The notes: generated by a model from the letters alone, not told the origin. Counted from the first letter of the stretch, positions 12,480-28,452 are shown. The stretch is 64,000 nt of DNA from Eledone cirrhosa (GCA_964016885.1 OZ024742.1:51460001-51524000); one strand, 5' to 3'. Translations and numbers: made by a program.

Positions 12480-13112
12480 ATGTGAATGGAGTTCCACTGA
12501 GCAGCTGGAGAAGTTCCATTATCATGAATGATGGAAGGCAGGAGGCTGAATTAAGTGCAATAATTGCAGAAACTGATGTAGTAATGCGCCAGCTTCAGCA
12601 CTCAGTAATCAGAAGAAGGGAGGTAGGTGTAAAAGCCAAACTCGCTGTCTTCCTGGTATATCTGCTAACCCTTACTGAGGGTCATGAATCTTGGGTAATG
12701 ACCGAAATAATACAATTGCAAATAGAAACAGCAGAAATGGGGTTTCACAGAAGAGTCTTTCGAGTAATGTAACTTGATAAAGGGGATATCTCAGAGATCA
12801 GAGAGTCGCTTCTGGTAAAGCTGCTACTTCTCAGGATTGAGAGATCTCAGCTCCGATACGATGGGCATGTGGTTAGAATGTCTCAGGAAAGAATCGCCTG
12901 ACAGATTTTACAGGCAAAACCAACCAGTAAGAGACCCAGAAGTAGACCCCGACCAAGATATTTGGATAGTATCCATGAGCTTGGCTGGTCACGCTTTGGG
13001 GTCTAGCTGGATCAGTTAGAGATATTTGCTTCTGATAGACTACTGGTAAGAGTGTTTGAGGAGGACACTGCCCCCACGACCTTTTCCAGAAATAAGTGGA
13101 TGAAGAAGAAGA
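12480..13112 (+). pseudogene. RTE-clade LINE 3' fragment
   Basis: KAKLAVF..LTLTEGHESWVMTE..IETAEMGFHRRV, then IERSQLR.DGHVVRM and RPRSRPR-like motifs; ends in a short (gaa)n tail. Confidence 0.75.
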
Positions 13113-13336
13113 TATTGTCAATTTACTTTTCAATTTACATAACATATCTATAGGCATATATATTTGCGTATAAAACCAATACACACACTACATATGCTAG
13201 CAGAAAACCGTCCCTCAGGAGGCAGCGTTTCTGCTAGTATGACTAATAGCTCTAGGAAAGCCATCAACATCACCAAATATTTTAAACTTTTATTTTGAAA
13301 GTAGTTTTATAATTACTAATATTCACAACATTTTTG

Positions 13337-13553
13337 TAGCTGTCTCAGTGGTCTAGTTGGAGGAATCATAGGCGGTGAGGATCCTGGTTTAAAATTCGAT
13401 CCTGGTCGGATATAGGGTTCCCGGTAAATCTTTCAGTTTTTTTATATGGGATGTCAAATAAAAAACTGAAAAATATTACATCTATCCCTTGACCAGACTT
13501 GAACCCAAGGCCAGGATCTCCACCTTATCTAGGTACCTACAGTGCGACAACTA
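13337..13553. repeat. Degenerate palindrome of two tail-to-tail tRNA-like heads
   Basis: gtagctgtctcagtggt..ttcgatcctggtc..tttcagttttttta / taaaaaactgaaa..gaccagacttgaa..cagtgcgacaactac. Confidence 0.55.
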
Positions 13554-13747
13554 CGAAAGTCAGGTGAAAATTCATACTTATAAACCTACTTTCAAATTTA
13601 TCCAAAAAAATGATGTAATTGCGTTTATGTCTTTCTTAATGTCATTGCTACTATGTAAGGTCGACATCTAAATCATTTAGGTGTTCCATAAACTACATAC
13701 TCATTTTGTTTCTCATCTATCTAGACTATATTTTAACCTGTAATCGA

Positions 13748-15289
<1,542 letters not shown>

Positions 15290-16297
15290 TATGTATATAT
15301 ATATATCTCTATATATATATATGTGTGTGTGTGTGTATGTGTGTGCGTGTGTGTATGTGTGTGTATGTGCGCGCGCGTGTGTGTGTGTGTGTGTGTATTT
15401 AATAAGACTACCTATTACTTTATTCACGTTATCTTTATCTGCAGGGCATTCCCCTTAAAGAATCGCCTTATACATATAGAAACTGTAAAATCGTTAAGGT
15501 AACCGCGCAGCTAAACTTCCAAGCTAGAAATATAGTCAGTAACATTAAGATGTTCAGAGCAATTGTGCAGTGTCAAGACGATGTGAATAGGAAAGACGGC
15601 CAGTAGGGCGGGAGAGTGAATATAGGAACAGTGGTGAGAACGTAAGCAGACATCAGTGTCATAGACACACGCCGAATTGGATCACTGGACCTCTATAGAT
15701 AACTTACAATAACAGCTTCTATCCAAATTAAGTTTAACGCAGTCTGCCTTATATAAACATATATAAGTTAGAAGTGATTTTGAGTGTGTTTAGAGAGAAA
15801 TATACAAAGGCAGATGGAGAGAAAGAAAGATTCGTATATAAAGAGATGGATAAATATCTGCATGATTACGAGCGATTTGATGTAATCTTAATCTTGGCCT
15901 CTGACATAGTCTTTAATGTGTTTGATCCATATGTATTAACATCCATATGCACGTATGTATATATGTCCGTATATAATATGTTTATGAACGTTTACATACG
16001 TTTGTAGGAGTGTGTACATGCGTGAAATAGGTATGCGTGTATGTGTGCTTTTAGCAAGTTACATAATTTTAAAGAAATTTTCTGTTCATAATGTGTCTTT
16101 TGGCACAAGTTGTGTATATAAGGGAAATCTACGATTTAACTGTTACCAACTAATGTTTTTGTTTTGTTTTTTTCTTGTTTTTTTTTGTTAAGAAATGTTT
16201 ACGAAGAAACCTCCACATCGCATTGTATCTGTAAGCCCTTATCATTATAGCACATAAAATGCTACGGGCCGAGAGTATGCCTGTGAAAAATGTGTGC

Positions 16298-16600
16298 AAT
16301 ATATGTACATTTTATAAAATTTGATCTCTATCTAGATCGAGGCGTCTGATATTTCTTCTGATCCACTGCTGTTCGTTCGCTGCAGGAATAATCATAAACA
16401 GTGAGATAATTCTAGAATTTATGTCTTTCAGAGGAAATAAAATGCGTGGAATATATGTACATTTTGTAAAATATGATATTTTTATAGATCCAGGCGCCTG
16501 ATATTTCTTCTGAACAACTCTATTCAGTTACTTCAGAAATAGCATATGCAGCGAGATAATTTTAGAACTGATGTGCTTGAGAGCAAATAGCATGCGGGAG
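16298..16600. repeat. Diverged tandem duplication, ~152-bp unit x2
   Basis: aatatatgtacatttt..tagatc.aggcg.ctgatatttcttctga..gagataatt.tagaa occurs twice. Confidence 0.8.
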
Positions 16601-19600
16601 TTAGTAAGGAATAGTTGGTGATAACAATATAGCCATATTGAATAGAAAATCTGGATTAATCAAGTGTACATTATATTCAACGTGGTTGTGTATTTTGTAT
16701 TACCAACAAGAATTAAGATACTTTTAAAAATATATATTCTTGTTCGGATTGTTTCAGAAGAAAACAACCAACAATTATACGAATACCGTATTTGCATCAT
16801 TTCGTAATTTTATTTTGTCAGTCTAAATGTGATTCTGTTTCAGTAGACTCTACTGGGTACGATTTCTGATGAAATTATGCCACAGAAGACACTATTTTTA
16901 AGTTGTAAAAGCAAGCAGTTGTACACATTGTTCATTACAATTTAGGTCTATTTTATGTAGTATTTATTTACATCGGTAAAATTGTGAAAATATGTGTGCC
17001 TGTGTTTATTTCAATGCATATGTATGTTTGTCAGTGTATGTACGTATGTGTGTAAATGTGTGTATACAGATATACGTATATCCGTTTTAGTATTGTAACA
17101 ATCATTCAAAGTTTCTTTAAAATGACGTTATGTACTTTGTTGTGTTTTTTTTAATTTTCAACGAATAGAAACGGTAATGCTATTCATTCATTTTACTCTA
17201 GGCTATGTTTAGATACTATTTACTTTTTTTATATTTCTCGTTAAGTATTTGTATATCGTTAGAACAAACAACTATAGAATAACTCTTACGTCAATGCTGA
17301 ATTGCTATTTTTATGCACAAGACGTTATCCTTTTTGACAATGTATAGTATACAAATCTTTATTGATCTGAAAGTATACTATATTATTAATTAAATTAGAT
17401 AACCATTGGAAAATGCATTTTCCTCTTTTGATTGATATGAATTTATAGCATAGAATATATCAATATATTTGAATGAAAGAAAGTATATGACATTACTATA
17501 GCAATTTTACGTGGTTATATTACATCAACTTACGCAAATGTGGATAATAAAATCCGTATGAAAAGTGAGTTTAGGAAAATACATTTTTCATGAGTCTCTC
17601 GTCTTGCATTAATAATCTCCATTAAGCTTCCTCTCGTTGTCTTAAACATATAGATCTTCTATGAATATCTTACACTATATATTTGAATGACAAGAAGGCA
17701 TAAAAACCCTGCATGCTAACTGTTAATAAAGTTGGTATGCTCTTCCACATTGCTAGCCGTAATTCTGCAGATCCACACTAAACTATCTTGAAGCTGGTTG
17801 AATAAAGAAAGTAATTACCAGCAGTGGCATATATGTTGCAGTGGCGTCTTTACGCGAGGGCTGCATTATTCTTTAACACACTGTTCGCTATAACCTGAAC
17901 AAACTAAGCGAACTAAAGTAAAATATGTTAAAGAGAAATAAAGATTTAACAGCCTGTGAATATGTGATAAAGTGGATATCAATAGCTCAGGCCTAACTAC
18001 CCCGGCATCGAGAGGCTCTATTAGGGTTGGTAGTAAAAATCAAAGAGGTAATATACAAACGTGAGAATCAATAACAACTGAAACAAAGTAAATTACGATT
18101 TTCTGTTCATATACACCACACGAAATCCGCAACAGAAATGATGTGATGATATCTGAGCAGTTTATAAACTAATTTACCCACTCACTATTTTAATAGTTAT
18201 ATATGATGAACGACAAAACGGAAGGAAGATAAAACAATATTAACCTATATGAAAGTTGTTTTAGAGATAACCACATAACCAAGTCGACACAGGAGCTAAT
18301 GGATTTCACTCGCTTGAGAAACATTTATAAATATAACGCAATATTGCTCTGCACCCATAAAACGTTTTAGTACTAATGTTCTGTTATCCCTTAATATTTT
18401 CGGAGTATCGAGCTGATTAAGCATTACATTATTTCTATAGATTAAAAAAAAGTACGTTTAAAAAAGCAGACTGCTGAGTTTGCCCAGGTAACGCACATAA
18501 AATGTCAAATAATCATCCATAATTTCACTTAACAAGGAATAATGGATCAGATCCATCACAGTAGCAAGTGCATATATTACGCAATTTCATTGAGAGAAAA
18601 TCATGTCTAGTCAATAGGAATGTAATAGGCATTAACTTCTATTTATTCTATTTTGGAATAGTTAAAAATATCCTACAACAATTGATTTAACACTGTTCAT
18701 TGTAACAATCATTAAATTATATTTAGGATCTCCCTTGATCGATCAAGACCTACTGAATATCAAACAGCTTTAGTGCAGCTAATGCGATTATATGTTTAAG
18801 GCAAACACTATAACTTACTTTAATCTGCTCAAGAGTCTTTCTATTCATAAATCCGTTGCGGATATTATATGCTATTCGCAAATCGTGGCCTTTAACATCC
18901 ACCATTAAGAAAATGTGTAACTGGATTGGGAAGTCAATCGAATGATTTTGTTAAACTATTTCAAATCTTGAAGTAACAATTTTTGGCACCTCAAAAAAGC
19001 TCGACGGACATTTTGATATATTTCTCTTAGCAAGCTTTTTACCGATTTTCAGTGTGCATTGACACCAATTTAGTGCACGTTCCCTTGAAAAAGTTTGCAA
19101 CACTGCATATACGTTTGATAGTGATTAAGGAAAATATAGCAGGAAATTAATTGAATAGATTTAAATAAATATACTATAAAATACATCAATTTCTGGAATG
19201 ACAAGTAAATGAAAATAGCATTAAAAACTCGGGGAATAAAATGTTTTCACATAGGATTTCGCATTTAGGGAATTATCAAATTAGATTGTTTTTACTATGC
19301 GTCCCGTTATTTTTGACTTGTAATCTGACAGGCAAATATAACTGTTCTCGATTTTTGAGAGACGTGATATTGTCGTCTGTTTCAGATTTTCCTAGAATCG
19401 AGACGTATCCGAGGACCACGCGATTTCAGAGTCAGGTTTGATCACCACATCGATCGTGCCTCGAGCTAGTCGCCCGAGAGGCAATTCTAATATGTCCAAT
19501 ACATTCCTTTCGTCGCAACACTGATTCTCTTCTTTCTGTGATATATATATATATTAAAATAACAGATTAAATTTTAAGCAAAGAACCGCTGCTTTCACTC

Positions 19601-19700
19601 TTAACGGGATCTTCTGAAACTAACAAAGTCAATCTGTAAACGCAGAAGTGGATATTTCAAAAACGTTGCAACTGGAGGAAGACAGGAAGACGATACTTTT

Positions 19701-19970
19701 GGTTCGTGGAAACGTTCCCTGGCAAAGAACGGGAAAAAACGAATATAATACGTCATTAATAGGAGCGGTGAAAAACAATTACGCGCAAGGACAGAACCTC
19801 GTTTATGGTATAAAAGAAGTCGTAGACTAATCTTCAATTACGTGGTTCATAGAGACGTTCTCTGGCAATTAACGGGAAAAACGAAGATAATACGTCATAT
19901 GTGGAGCGTGGAGAACAATTGCACGCAAAGAGAAAACCACGTAAATGGTATAGCTGAAGTCGTAGACTAA
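19701..19970. repeat. Diverged direct repeat, ~140-bp unit x2
   Basis: ggttc..acgttc.ctggcaa..aacgggaaaaa..taatacgtcat..gaagtcgtagactaa occurs twice. Confidence 0.85.
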
Positions 19971-20287
19971 ATTTCTAACTAGGAAACCGAATGAATCTCC
20001 GCTTCAGAGTTAAGAATAAAGTAAATAAAATACAATACAGAGGTAGTAAGTCAACCAAAACATGAAGTACACATATACACACACCCTACATACGTACGAA
20101 CCTGCATACTCAGACAGACGCAAAACTCCCGTATACACATAACCAAACCATATGTACTAGAATATATGCAAAATTATACGCCATAACATATACAATCAAA
20201 TATACGTACGAGAAAGTATACCTTCAAAAAACATACAGGTAATATATACTTACCTATGCAAATAAGTAATGGTATAAACAAAACATA

Positions 20288-20354
<67 letters not shown>

Positions 20355-20372
20355 CACATATATATATATATA

Positions 20373-20653
<281 letters not shown>

Positions 20654-21614
20654 TCTCTCTCAATCAAACAGACATACATATAGAGTGTCATCTATATTAC
20701 AAATAGTCAAAATTTGCTTTCGTAAGTATTCAGACCATCGAATGTATTCATTCAAGTATCACAACAATGGTGATGAATGTTTTTTGTAAGAGAACGAATT
20801 CCAGAAACGAACTGAGATTATTGTCTCCAACACACCGATATTTTAGTAAGCATCAGATATGGCACTGTGTGATCGAAAATACAAGCTTATAGTTTAGAAT
20901 CTATCTTCTTAACCACACAGCCATATGTGGATATGAAAATAACTCGAGCAGAATAGTATTGAATTGAATCAATGTCGGAATAATTGCTAAATTTCCAATC
21001 AGTTATTGGAAGAAAATATGTTTATAATAGATTTCTTAGCCAGATTTTTTCACCATAAATTTGATGAATGCACATTGGCAGAAAATTAAACTTACAGAAA
21101 GATATCCCTATTACAATTGTAACATATCCCAGTTGCTTAGCATGTAACATGATATACGTCGCAACAATTAAATTCTTCTATTGCTTAAGTGAAATATTCT
21201 GACCATTAGCCATTTAAATAAAAACAATTATTGATTGTTTCTAACTTTACCGCTTCTTGAGGGAACAAAAACACATACACGTATCATGGTATTATGTATT
21301 TATCTGAAACGAGATGTATATAATACATACACACAAAAGGATTTTTATCATTAATGTGAACGTTCTTAAGAAAATATTGCTCTCGAGATGGAGTGGTTTG
21401 CAAATCAATTACAGATTTGAAGTTTTGAATTTGAATTGATGAGAAAAGATTGAGATCTAGAAGGCTAATTACAGAAACCATTAGTTTAAATGTAGAAGGC
21501 GCAATCATCATACACTACGAAGATTCTAAAGCATTACGTTCTTACAGTAGATATATTATGAGTGAGTAGAACTGAAAAGTGTAGGAAATTTATATACATA
21601 CAAACACACACACA

Positions 21615-21656
<42 letters not shown>

Positions 21657-21792
21657 GGTTTGTTAGTTCACCACTGGATAGATTTGGTCATTCCGTATGG
21701 TCAATCTTGGTGTAATAGTGTGGAGAGTACTCAACGTAGAGCAGTTCACTCTTCTTCGTTTGTGTAGTTCGTGGTGCGAATACAGAGTTAAT

Positions 21793-22108
21793 TATAAATA
21801 CAAATAACAGGAGGCTGGACTGGTGTAAATCCTTGAAAAGTTTATTATACTATGATCATTTCAATGGCCGGGTTCCATATGAATCCGGTGATATCATGAG
21901 GTATTTGAAAAATATAACAAAGGAATATGTAAAAACCATGGGTCCGAAAAATCAGAGACAGAGAGGATGACTGACCAACTAGCTGTCTTCACCTCGGCCA
22001 GTGGCCCTCAAAGTGATGGCAACTCGATCTGCTAATGACCATCTGGTGAGGGGGCGAAGGCTTATAATGTACTACCACTCTCCGTCAAAGAATAAAAAAT
22101 TAAAAAGG

Positions 22109-22142
<34 letters not shown>

Positions 22143-22954
22143 GAGAAGAAAAAAAGGAAAAAAAGGAGGAAAGAAGTCAGCGTAAGGGTCACATTGCAGC
22201 CAAGCTAGAGAACGCTGCGAAAAACGTTATTCTAAAGAATATATATTGTAACAAAGGCATATATAATGGGTGTCTGTATGGTCTAATGTGTGAACAGAAA
22301 TTTGGAACGTTAAACTTATGTTACGAGTTAAAAAATAATAAATTGAAAATTGGAAAATAAAAAAAAAATGATTTAATGAACTTTCAGCGAGAGTCTTATA
22401 TGAAAAAGTTAATCTCGATAAGATATCAGGGTGAGATAAATATTAAAGCCTTCGAATGTGATACCCAGCCAGCACCTCCTAACCACGTGTCAGCCAGTTT
22501 CGAGTGGTATCGTCCAGCGAAAAAAATGGGAATTAATTGTTCCGAGTACTCTAGGAACAATTAATTTCCATTTGCTATAGGCTTAGGGTGTGCTGGCGGG
22601 AAGACTACAATTTCGACAGGCCATCATCAATACCAAACGAATACTATTAATACACACATGAGGGGTTTATTTACGTGGCAGTAGAGGCATGACACAGCTA
22701 ACAATTATGCCTAAGTCTAGAGTTTATAGGTATAAGTATAATATGGCGGTCAAACCAGGCGGCGCGGCGGGTCCGGAGCAAAGCAATCCGCTCCGAGTAA
22801 TATCGATACCGAAAAGGGGAAATTTATTTTTCCAACCACTCAAGGAAGGCAGAACTTTCCAAGCGCCCATCGCGCAGCCAAAAAAAGCCACCACCATTGA
22901 AATGATCATAGTATAATAAACATTTCAAGGATTTACACCAGTCCAGCATCCTGT

Positions 22955-22968
<14 letters not shown>
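21793..22968. mobile_element. Fold-back insertion with ~75-bp inverted termini (21793-21867 / 22895-22968), PLE-like, ending in (TA)n
   Basis: aataacaggaggctggactggtgtaaatccttgaaa.gtttattatactatgatcatttcaatgg and its reverse complement; both arms carry the GAAA-tgatca-TA HHR 3' half. Confidence 0.7.
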
Positions 22969-23007
<39 letters not shown>

Positions 23008-23384
23008 ATATATGTGTGCGTGTGTGTGTGTGTGTATACAAGTAAAGAGGCAGGCTGTGTGGTTATTGTAAACAAAGTGTAAAATGGTAATAGGGACGTA
23101 AACAAGAGAAGAAAAGTAGCCATTCATCAGCTGTTTAGTGCCGATCATAGATGTCTCGGCGCTTAAAACAGGACATCGATCGATATATATATGTACGTAT
23201 GTATGTAAATATATATGTATATATATATATGTATATCTATATCTCTCTCTATATATATAGCTATATATGTGCACACACGCAGGCACAGTGACACATACAA
23301 ATGCACGTATATATATATATATATATATGATATATGTGTGTGTGTGTGTATGTGTGCGGGTGTGAGTTTGTGTGTCTGTGTCTG

Positions 23385-23415
<31 letters not shown>

Positions 23416-23969
23416 ACGTCTATAATATAGAGCCCCTGAACACATCACGTGATTATTTTATATTGCCGTGATGAATTGAATACACTGTCAGACAAAGTCA
23501 TTGTAGACGTGGCACCTTTTACATGAATGAACATTTCAAACATCTAAATCATTGCATGTCGTTGAATTATTTTTGGATTATGGGATGAAACAGACGCACG
23601 CATACTTCCATACATAAAATCATTAATAATTATATATGTGTACTGACACAATTTAAATCTTATATTGTACTGTATAACTTGAATAATCTGGCTATACATA
23701 TCGTTTCTATAAAACAATCTCTACTATTATATTTTACGCTATTTGTTTTGTTTTACTCATTTATATCACACAATATTTATCTCATCTGATATGTCTATAT
23801 ATGTGATGCTGTCCCCAATTAATTTGACGATGTCAATATCAAACAGCAAAATCTATACTGAGTTTAATAATCGGATATGTGTGTATTCATTTTCAAGTGT
23901 TTCGTCACATGTAATTAGACAAGAAATCTTAAAAACAAATTCAAAAACGAACTATATATATATATATAT

Positions 23970-24525
23970 TTACAAATATAAGCTATCACCGTATTTTTTA
24001 CTAAATACATGTTTAGCTTGATAGTGGGGTTCAGAACCCTCAGAGAAAATGGAAAAAGATGAGTATTGACGTACATGGGAGTCGAACCCACATATTTGGT
24101 TATCCAGACACCTGTGCTACCATTACACCAACCCATCTCCTTCCATTCAAATTAGAAGCTACATTCTTAGCAAGTAAATGTCAAGTAAGTATGTTTTGAA
24201 ACAATAGTCAAACATACGGTGATAGCTTATATTTCTAATTTCAAACTCGCTCACTGTTTCAAAACATACTTATTTGACATTTACTTGCTAAGAATGTAGC
24301 TTCTAATTTGAATGGGATACGATGGGCGATGTGTTGGTGTAATGGTAGCACAGTGGTCTCGATAAACAAATATGTGGGTTCGACTCACATGTACGTCAAT
24401 ACTCATCTTTTTCAATTTTCTCTGAGGGTTCTATCAGGCTAAACATTTCTTTAGTCAAAAATACGATGATAGCTTATATTTCTAATTTCAAACTCGCTCA
24501 CTGTTTCAAAACATACTTACTTGAT
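23970..24525. mobile_element. Non-coding element with an internal tRNA-like pol III promoter, inverted plus partial tandem, bracketed by (TA)n
   Basis: 23975-24203 is the reverse complement of sequence within 24255-24485. A box tggtgtaatggt and B box gggttcgactc. A ~70-bp direct repeat at 24205 and 24452. Confidence 0.75.
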
Positions 24526-24673
24526 ATATATATATATAAGCAAAGAGTCATTTAATTTGTTTGGTTATTCAAGAAATTTATTTATAACAAATTGGAAGCA
24601 CTCTACAGCATTTCTTCTGGAATATAATATCAATAATATTAATAAATGGAAACTATCTTTATAAAACCATATA

Positions 24674-24734
24674 TATTTTATTATATATATTTCAAGGGTA
24701 CCAACATTTTGGTACGATCTCATCAGAAAAAATA
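24674..24734 (-). ncRNA. Type I minimal hammerhead ribozyme
   Basis: Minus strand: tatttttt-CTGATGA-gatcgtacca aaatgt tggtaccctt-GAAA-tatata-TA-ataaaata. Confidence 0.68.
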
Positions 24735-24975
24735 CAAAAGTTGTTTTATAAATAGTGACATATCCAACAACAAGAACTTATCGTTTTAAGTGCCGTTTGA
24801 CTATTCAAACATAACTTGAAACGATAAGATCTTGTTTGTAAGAGGTAAAATTACTAGGCAACTGTTCCACTGGTGCTGAGGGAAGGTCTAGGTTGAGGGT
24901 CATACATAGGTGTGAAGAAATAGAGTAAAGAAGAATAGGATATACTAAAGACATGATAATTTCGTTCCTGAACTT

Positions 24976-25315
24976 GTGAGAATTTACCACCTACACAAGC
25001 TGAAGGAGGAATTACTCTCACTCCAAGGAGGTTTATACAGAGATGAGGCTCTCTTAATTATAGATAATTCTAACACACGTAGAATCGAAATTCTTGAGAA
25101 ACAATTGCATAGATTTTTTTTATGTTTTGGTCTTTCAATAACTATCGAATCTAACCGCAAAGTCGTTAATTTCCTTGACGCCACTTTGAATCTTGATACA
25201 GGACTCTACCGTCCTTATCATAAACCCAGTGATATCTTAACTTATATTTTAGTCATTCTAACCCCCATCCTTTATTCTTAAATCTATTGTAAAGTCTATG
25301 TCACATAGAATCCTC
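24976..25315 (+). pseudogene. Hydra-type PLE RT fragment
   Basis: GLYRDEALL..FGLSITIESN.KVVNFLDATLNLDTGLYRPYHKP aligns with GLYRDDGL..NFLDINLDL..FKPYHKP. Confidence 0.82.
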
Positions 25316-25651
25316 CATCCTTTAAACTGTTAATTACATTGCATTTAAAATGTATTGTAATTATGTTTTGATATTTCATAAGTCGACTGGTACGCTTCGC
25401 TTCTTATATTTTTTGTCGACCCTATCTTTATGAATTATATTTTTTGTCGACCCTATCTTTTTGAATTAAATATTTATTTTCTTTTTGGTTCTGAAGATGA
25501 GATCGTATCTTTGTTTAGTTATGTTATCATTTGGTCTCATCGATTATATAATCGATAATTTTCATTTGCCTGAGCTGAATTCTGATATAATTTCTAAAAC
25601 AATTGTAAGCCAAGAATTTGGTATTGTTTCCTCTAACATTTAATTTCTCTA

Positions 25652-25805
<154 letters not shown>

Positions 25806-25857
25806 GAAATATATATATGTTCATCGCTATGCAACTAATGATGTTGGGTATGAATAT

Positions 25858-26045
25858 GGGTAGAGTGATGGATGTCATGCGATGCAGTGTATCATTAGAC
25901 CCTTCTACGTTCCAGTTTGGAATCCAGCCGAGGTCAAACTACCGCGGTCAATACAATAATGTACCAGTCGTGTACTGGGATCGATAAATCCAACTTACTC
26001 CTTCCAAACGACACTGGCTTCACGCCTAAATCAGAAAATATTATT
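25858..26045 (+). mobile_element. Diverged SINE family A copy
   Basis: ggtagagtgatggatgtcatgc..ccgaggtcaaact..aatgtaccagt..tactggga. Confidence 0.5.
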
Positions 26046-26855
26046 ACCTAAATCGGAATTAGCATTTATAGTATATATTATAACAGTTGTATTTTTAATA
26101 CATTGTATAATCACTTCTTATTTTTTTCATAGGTTTATAGGAAATAGCTATTTTAAAATGTACATGATTGAAGTGGCATATCCACAAATAAAAGTTTCTG
26201 CATAAATCAAGAAAATTCGTCGTGTGCACTGGAGAAATATATATTTATTTCATATATTTTACAACAATAAGGGTATAATGCAAAATATTATGGACTTAGA
26301 TTCTCTAACATATGCAACAAATTCATTTCAGTAACTTCATCTATTTTTCTTTTCGATGCTGTTCTGAAACACTCTTGCAATTTCATCTATATTATGGCAT
26401 CACATGACAAAACAATAATGTAATGCGGCCATTGTGTAGCATTACTTATGAGACGCTTACATAATAAAATAACTATTTTCTTCTTTTAACCTGTCATGTC
26501 AGTTTTATTATGCATGAATCTTCCTTGGTTTTTATGTAAAATTTGTTTACATAATGTCCGTAAAATGGCAGAAAGAAACTGGTAGGATTCTATTCCGTAT
26601 ATACTCGAATCATGAATCAATTACGAAACTACGGTCTACAGAACAGAATTGTTCTCGACAATAATTTTTAATATTATATAGCTTGTGACGTTTATATAGT
26701 TTATGATAGTTGCTAGGGTTAAGTTACGAGCATGGAAACTGAAATCAGGTTAGATTGTCATATAATTTAAATTCATATCTGAATACACACACACTCACAC
26801 ACCCGAAAACACACAGACACACACGCACATACAGACATACATATGTATATGTATG

Positions 26856-26901
<46 letters not shown>

Positions 26902-27069
26902 CATGTGTGTTTGCAAGTGTGTGTGTGTACGTATGTGTGTATGTGTGTGTGTAGCGCGCTCGTATGTAGTTGAGGGACGAGAGAAAAGAGTACTTAATTA
27001 CGAAGAAGGTTTTAAACATTTATATTTTATTACTACATAGTGAGTTTTGTTACATTGGAGTTCCACATG

Positions 27070-27130
27070 TCTTCTTCTTCTTCTTCTTCTTCTTCTTCTT
27101 CTTCTTCTTCTTCTTCTTCTTCTTCTTCTT
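27070..27130. repeat. (CTT)n microsatellite
   Basis: Perfect ctt run. Confidence 0.95.
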
Positions 27131-27891
27131 TTCTTACTTCAAATAAGCCAGTAAAGATCTTAGAAATATTCGTTGAAAGAACATGTCATTAAAAACTTCA
27201 AGAAAAACCTTGAAAGTGTCCCAGTGTGAAAGATGCAATTCCTGGATTAACCAACAAGCTATTTTCTCCTAGACCTTTGTCCTCTGATGGTTTATGCTGC
27301 TCCTTCGACAACCAATAATCCCTTGAAAGGCAACTCAGCAGCTATATGCACAGAAATTATCTGCCGAAAATTACTGTTCTGGGAAGATCGATTTGAATAA
27401 GCCATTGAGAGGACACTATTATGATTTGAGTAGTGCAATTTGGAGGCCATATAGGATGTTTCAATTTTTGTTTGAGATCTCTGCGTTTTGATTTCAATTT
27501 CCACCTAGGTCAATTTTGCCGTTTAGGTATAGCACCAGACATGTACAGTGGTCGATTATACTTCTATTCCATTTGAGATATGTATTGTTCTATTTCACTT
27601 TCTCTCTCTCCATCGTTCTCTGAAAAACATTTACTGTCAAGGAATAGGCTGCTCCAGATTTGAAGGCCCATACGATAATGTCAGTTATTCTGAACTCCTT
27701 GTTTGATTGGTTAATAGATAGCAGCGTAGCTTACCCTAAAATTGTCTTGTACTAAGCATGTGTAAAGAAATTCTTGAAATGAAGGTCAGCAGTATTTTCG
27801 TTCCCAAACATTTTGTAAAGAGAGACAGAAGAGAGAGAGAGATGGAGAGAGAGATTGAGAGAGAGAGTGAGAGAGAGAGGGATATATATGC

Positions 27892-27955
<64 letters not shown>

Positions 27956-27957
27956 CA

Positions 27958-28285
27958 ATATATTAATAAATGGAAACTATATTTAGAAAACCATATTTAT
28001 TTCATTATACATATCTCAAGGACACCAAAGCATGGTCGTATTCTTTTAAGGTATGTCAATATTTGTTTATAAATATTTGTTTATAAATATATTATATTTT
28101 ATCTGATGAAAGCGCACGATAATTTTCTTTGGTGTCCTTGAAATATGTATAATGAAATAAATATGGTTTTCTAAATATAGTTTCCATTTATTAATATATT
28201 ATATTGTATTTTTACTCAAAAAATTTGTTGAGTGCTTTATATCAGTTATAAAATGATTTGCTTTTTGTATCCCAACAAATTAAAT
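27958..28285. mobile_element. Short fold-back PLE 3' end (arms 27958-28030 / 28127-28199), same family as 24545-24760
   Basis: Reverse-complement arms atattaataaatggaaacta..aaggacaccaaag; shared sequence with 24630-24700. Confidence 0.75.
28095..28159 (+). ncRNA. Type I minimal hammerhead ribozyme
   Basis: tattttat-CTGATGA-aagcgcac..gtgtcctt-GAAA-tatgta-TA-atgaaata. Confidence 0.75.
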
Positions 28286-28319
28286 ATAACTTCTACATAT
28301 ATGTACATCTATATATAGA

Positions 28320-28327
28320 TAGAGAGC

Positions 28328-28358
<31 letters not shown>

Positions 28359-28376
28359 AGAGATAGATAGATAGAA

Positions 28377-28452
<76 letters not shown>
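28320..28452. repeat. (AG)n microsatellite
   Basis: Long AG run. Confidence 0.95.

Noticed and set aside
24315-24400. Possible tRNA gene
   Set aside because: A and B boxes are present, but I could not build acceptor or anticodon stems; treated as a tRNA-derived repeat.
25489-25555. ctgaaga-tgagatc..ggtctca HHR-like start
   Set aside because: The GAAA half of the core is missing; at best a decayed remnant.
27292-27504. 70-aa minus-strand ORF
   Set aside because: Its start overlaps a decayed SINE-like motif and no protein family is recognisable.
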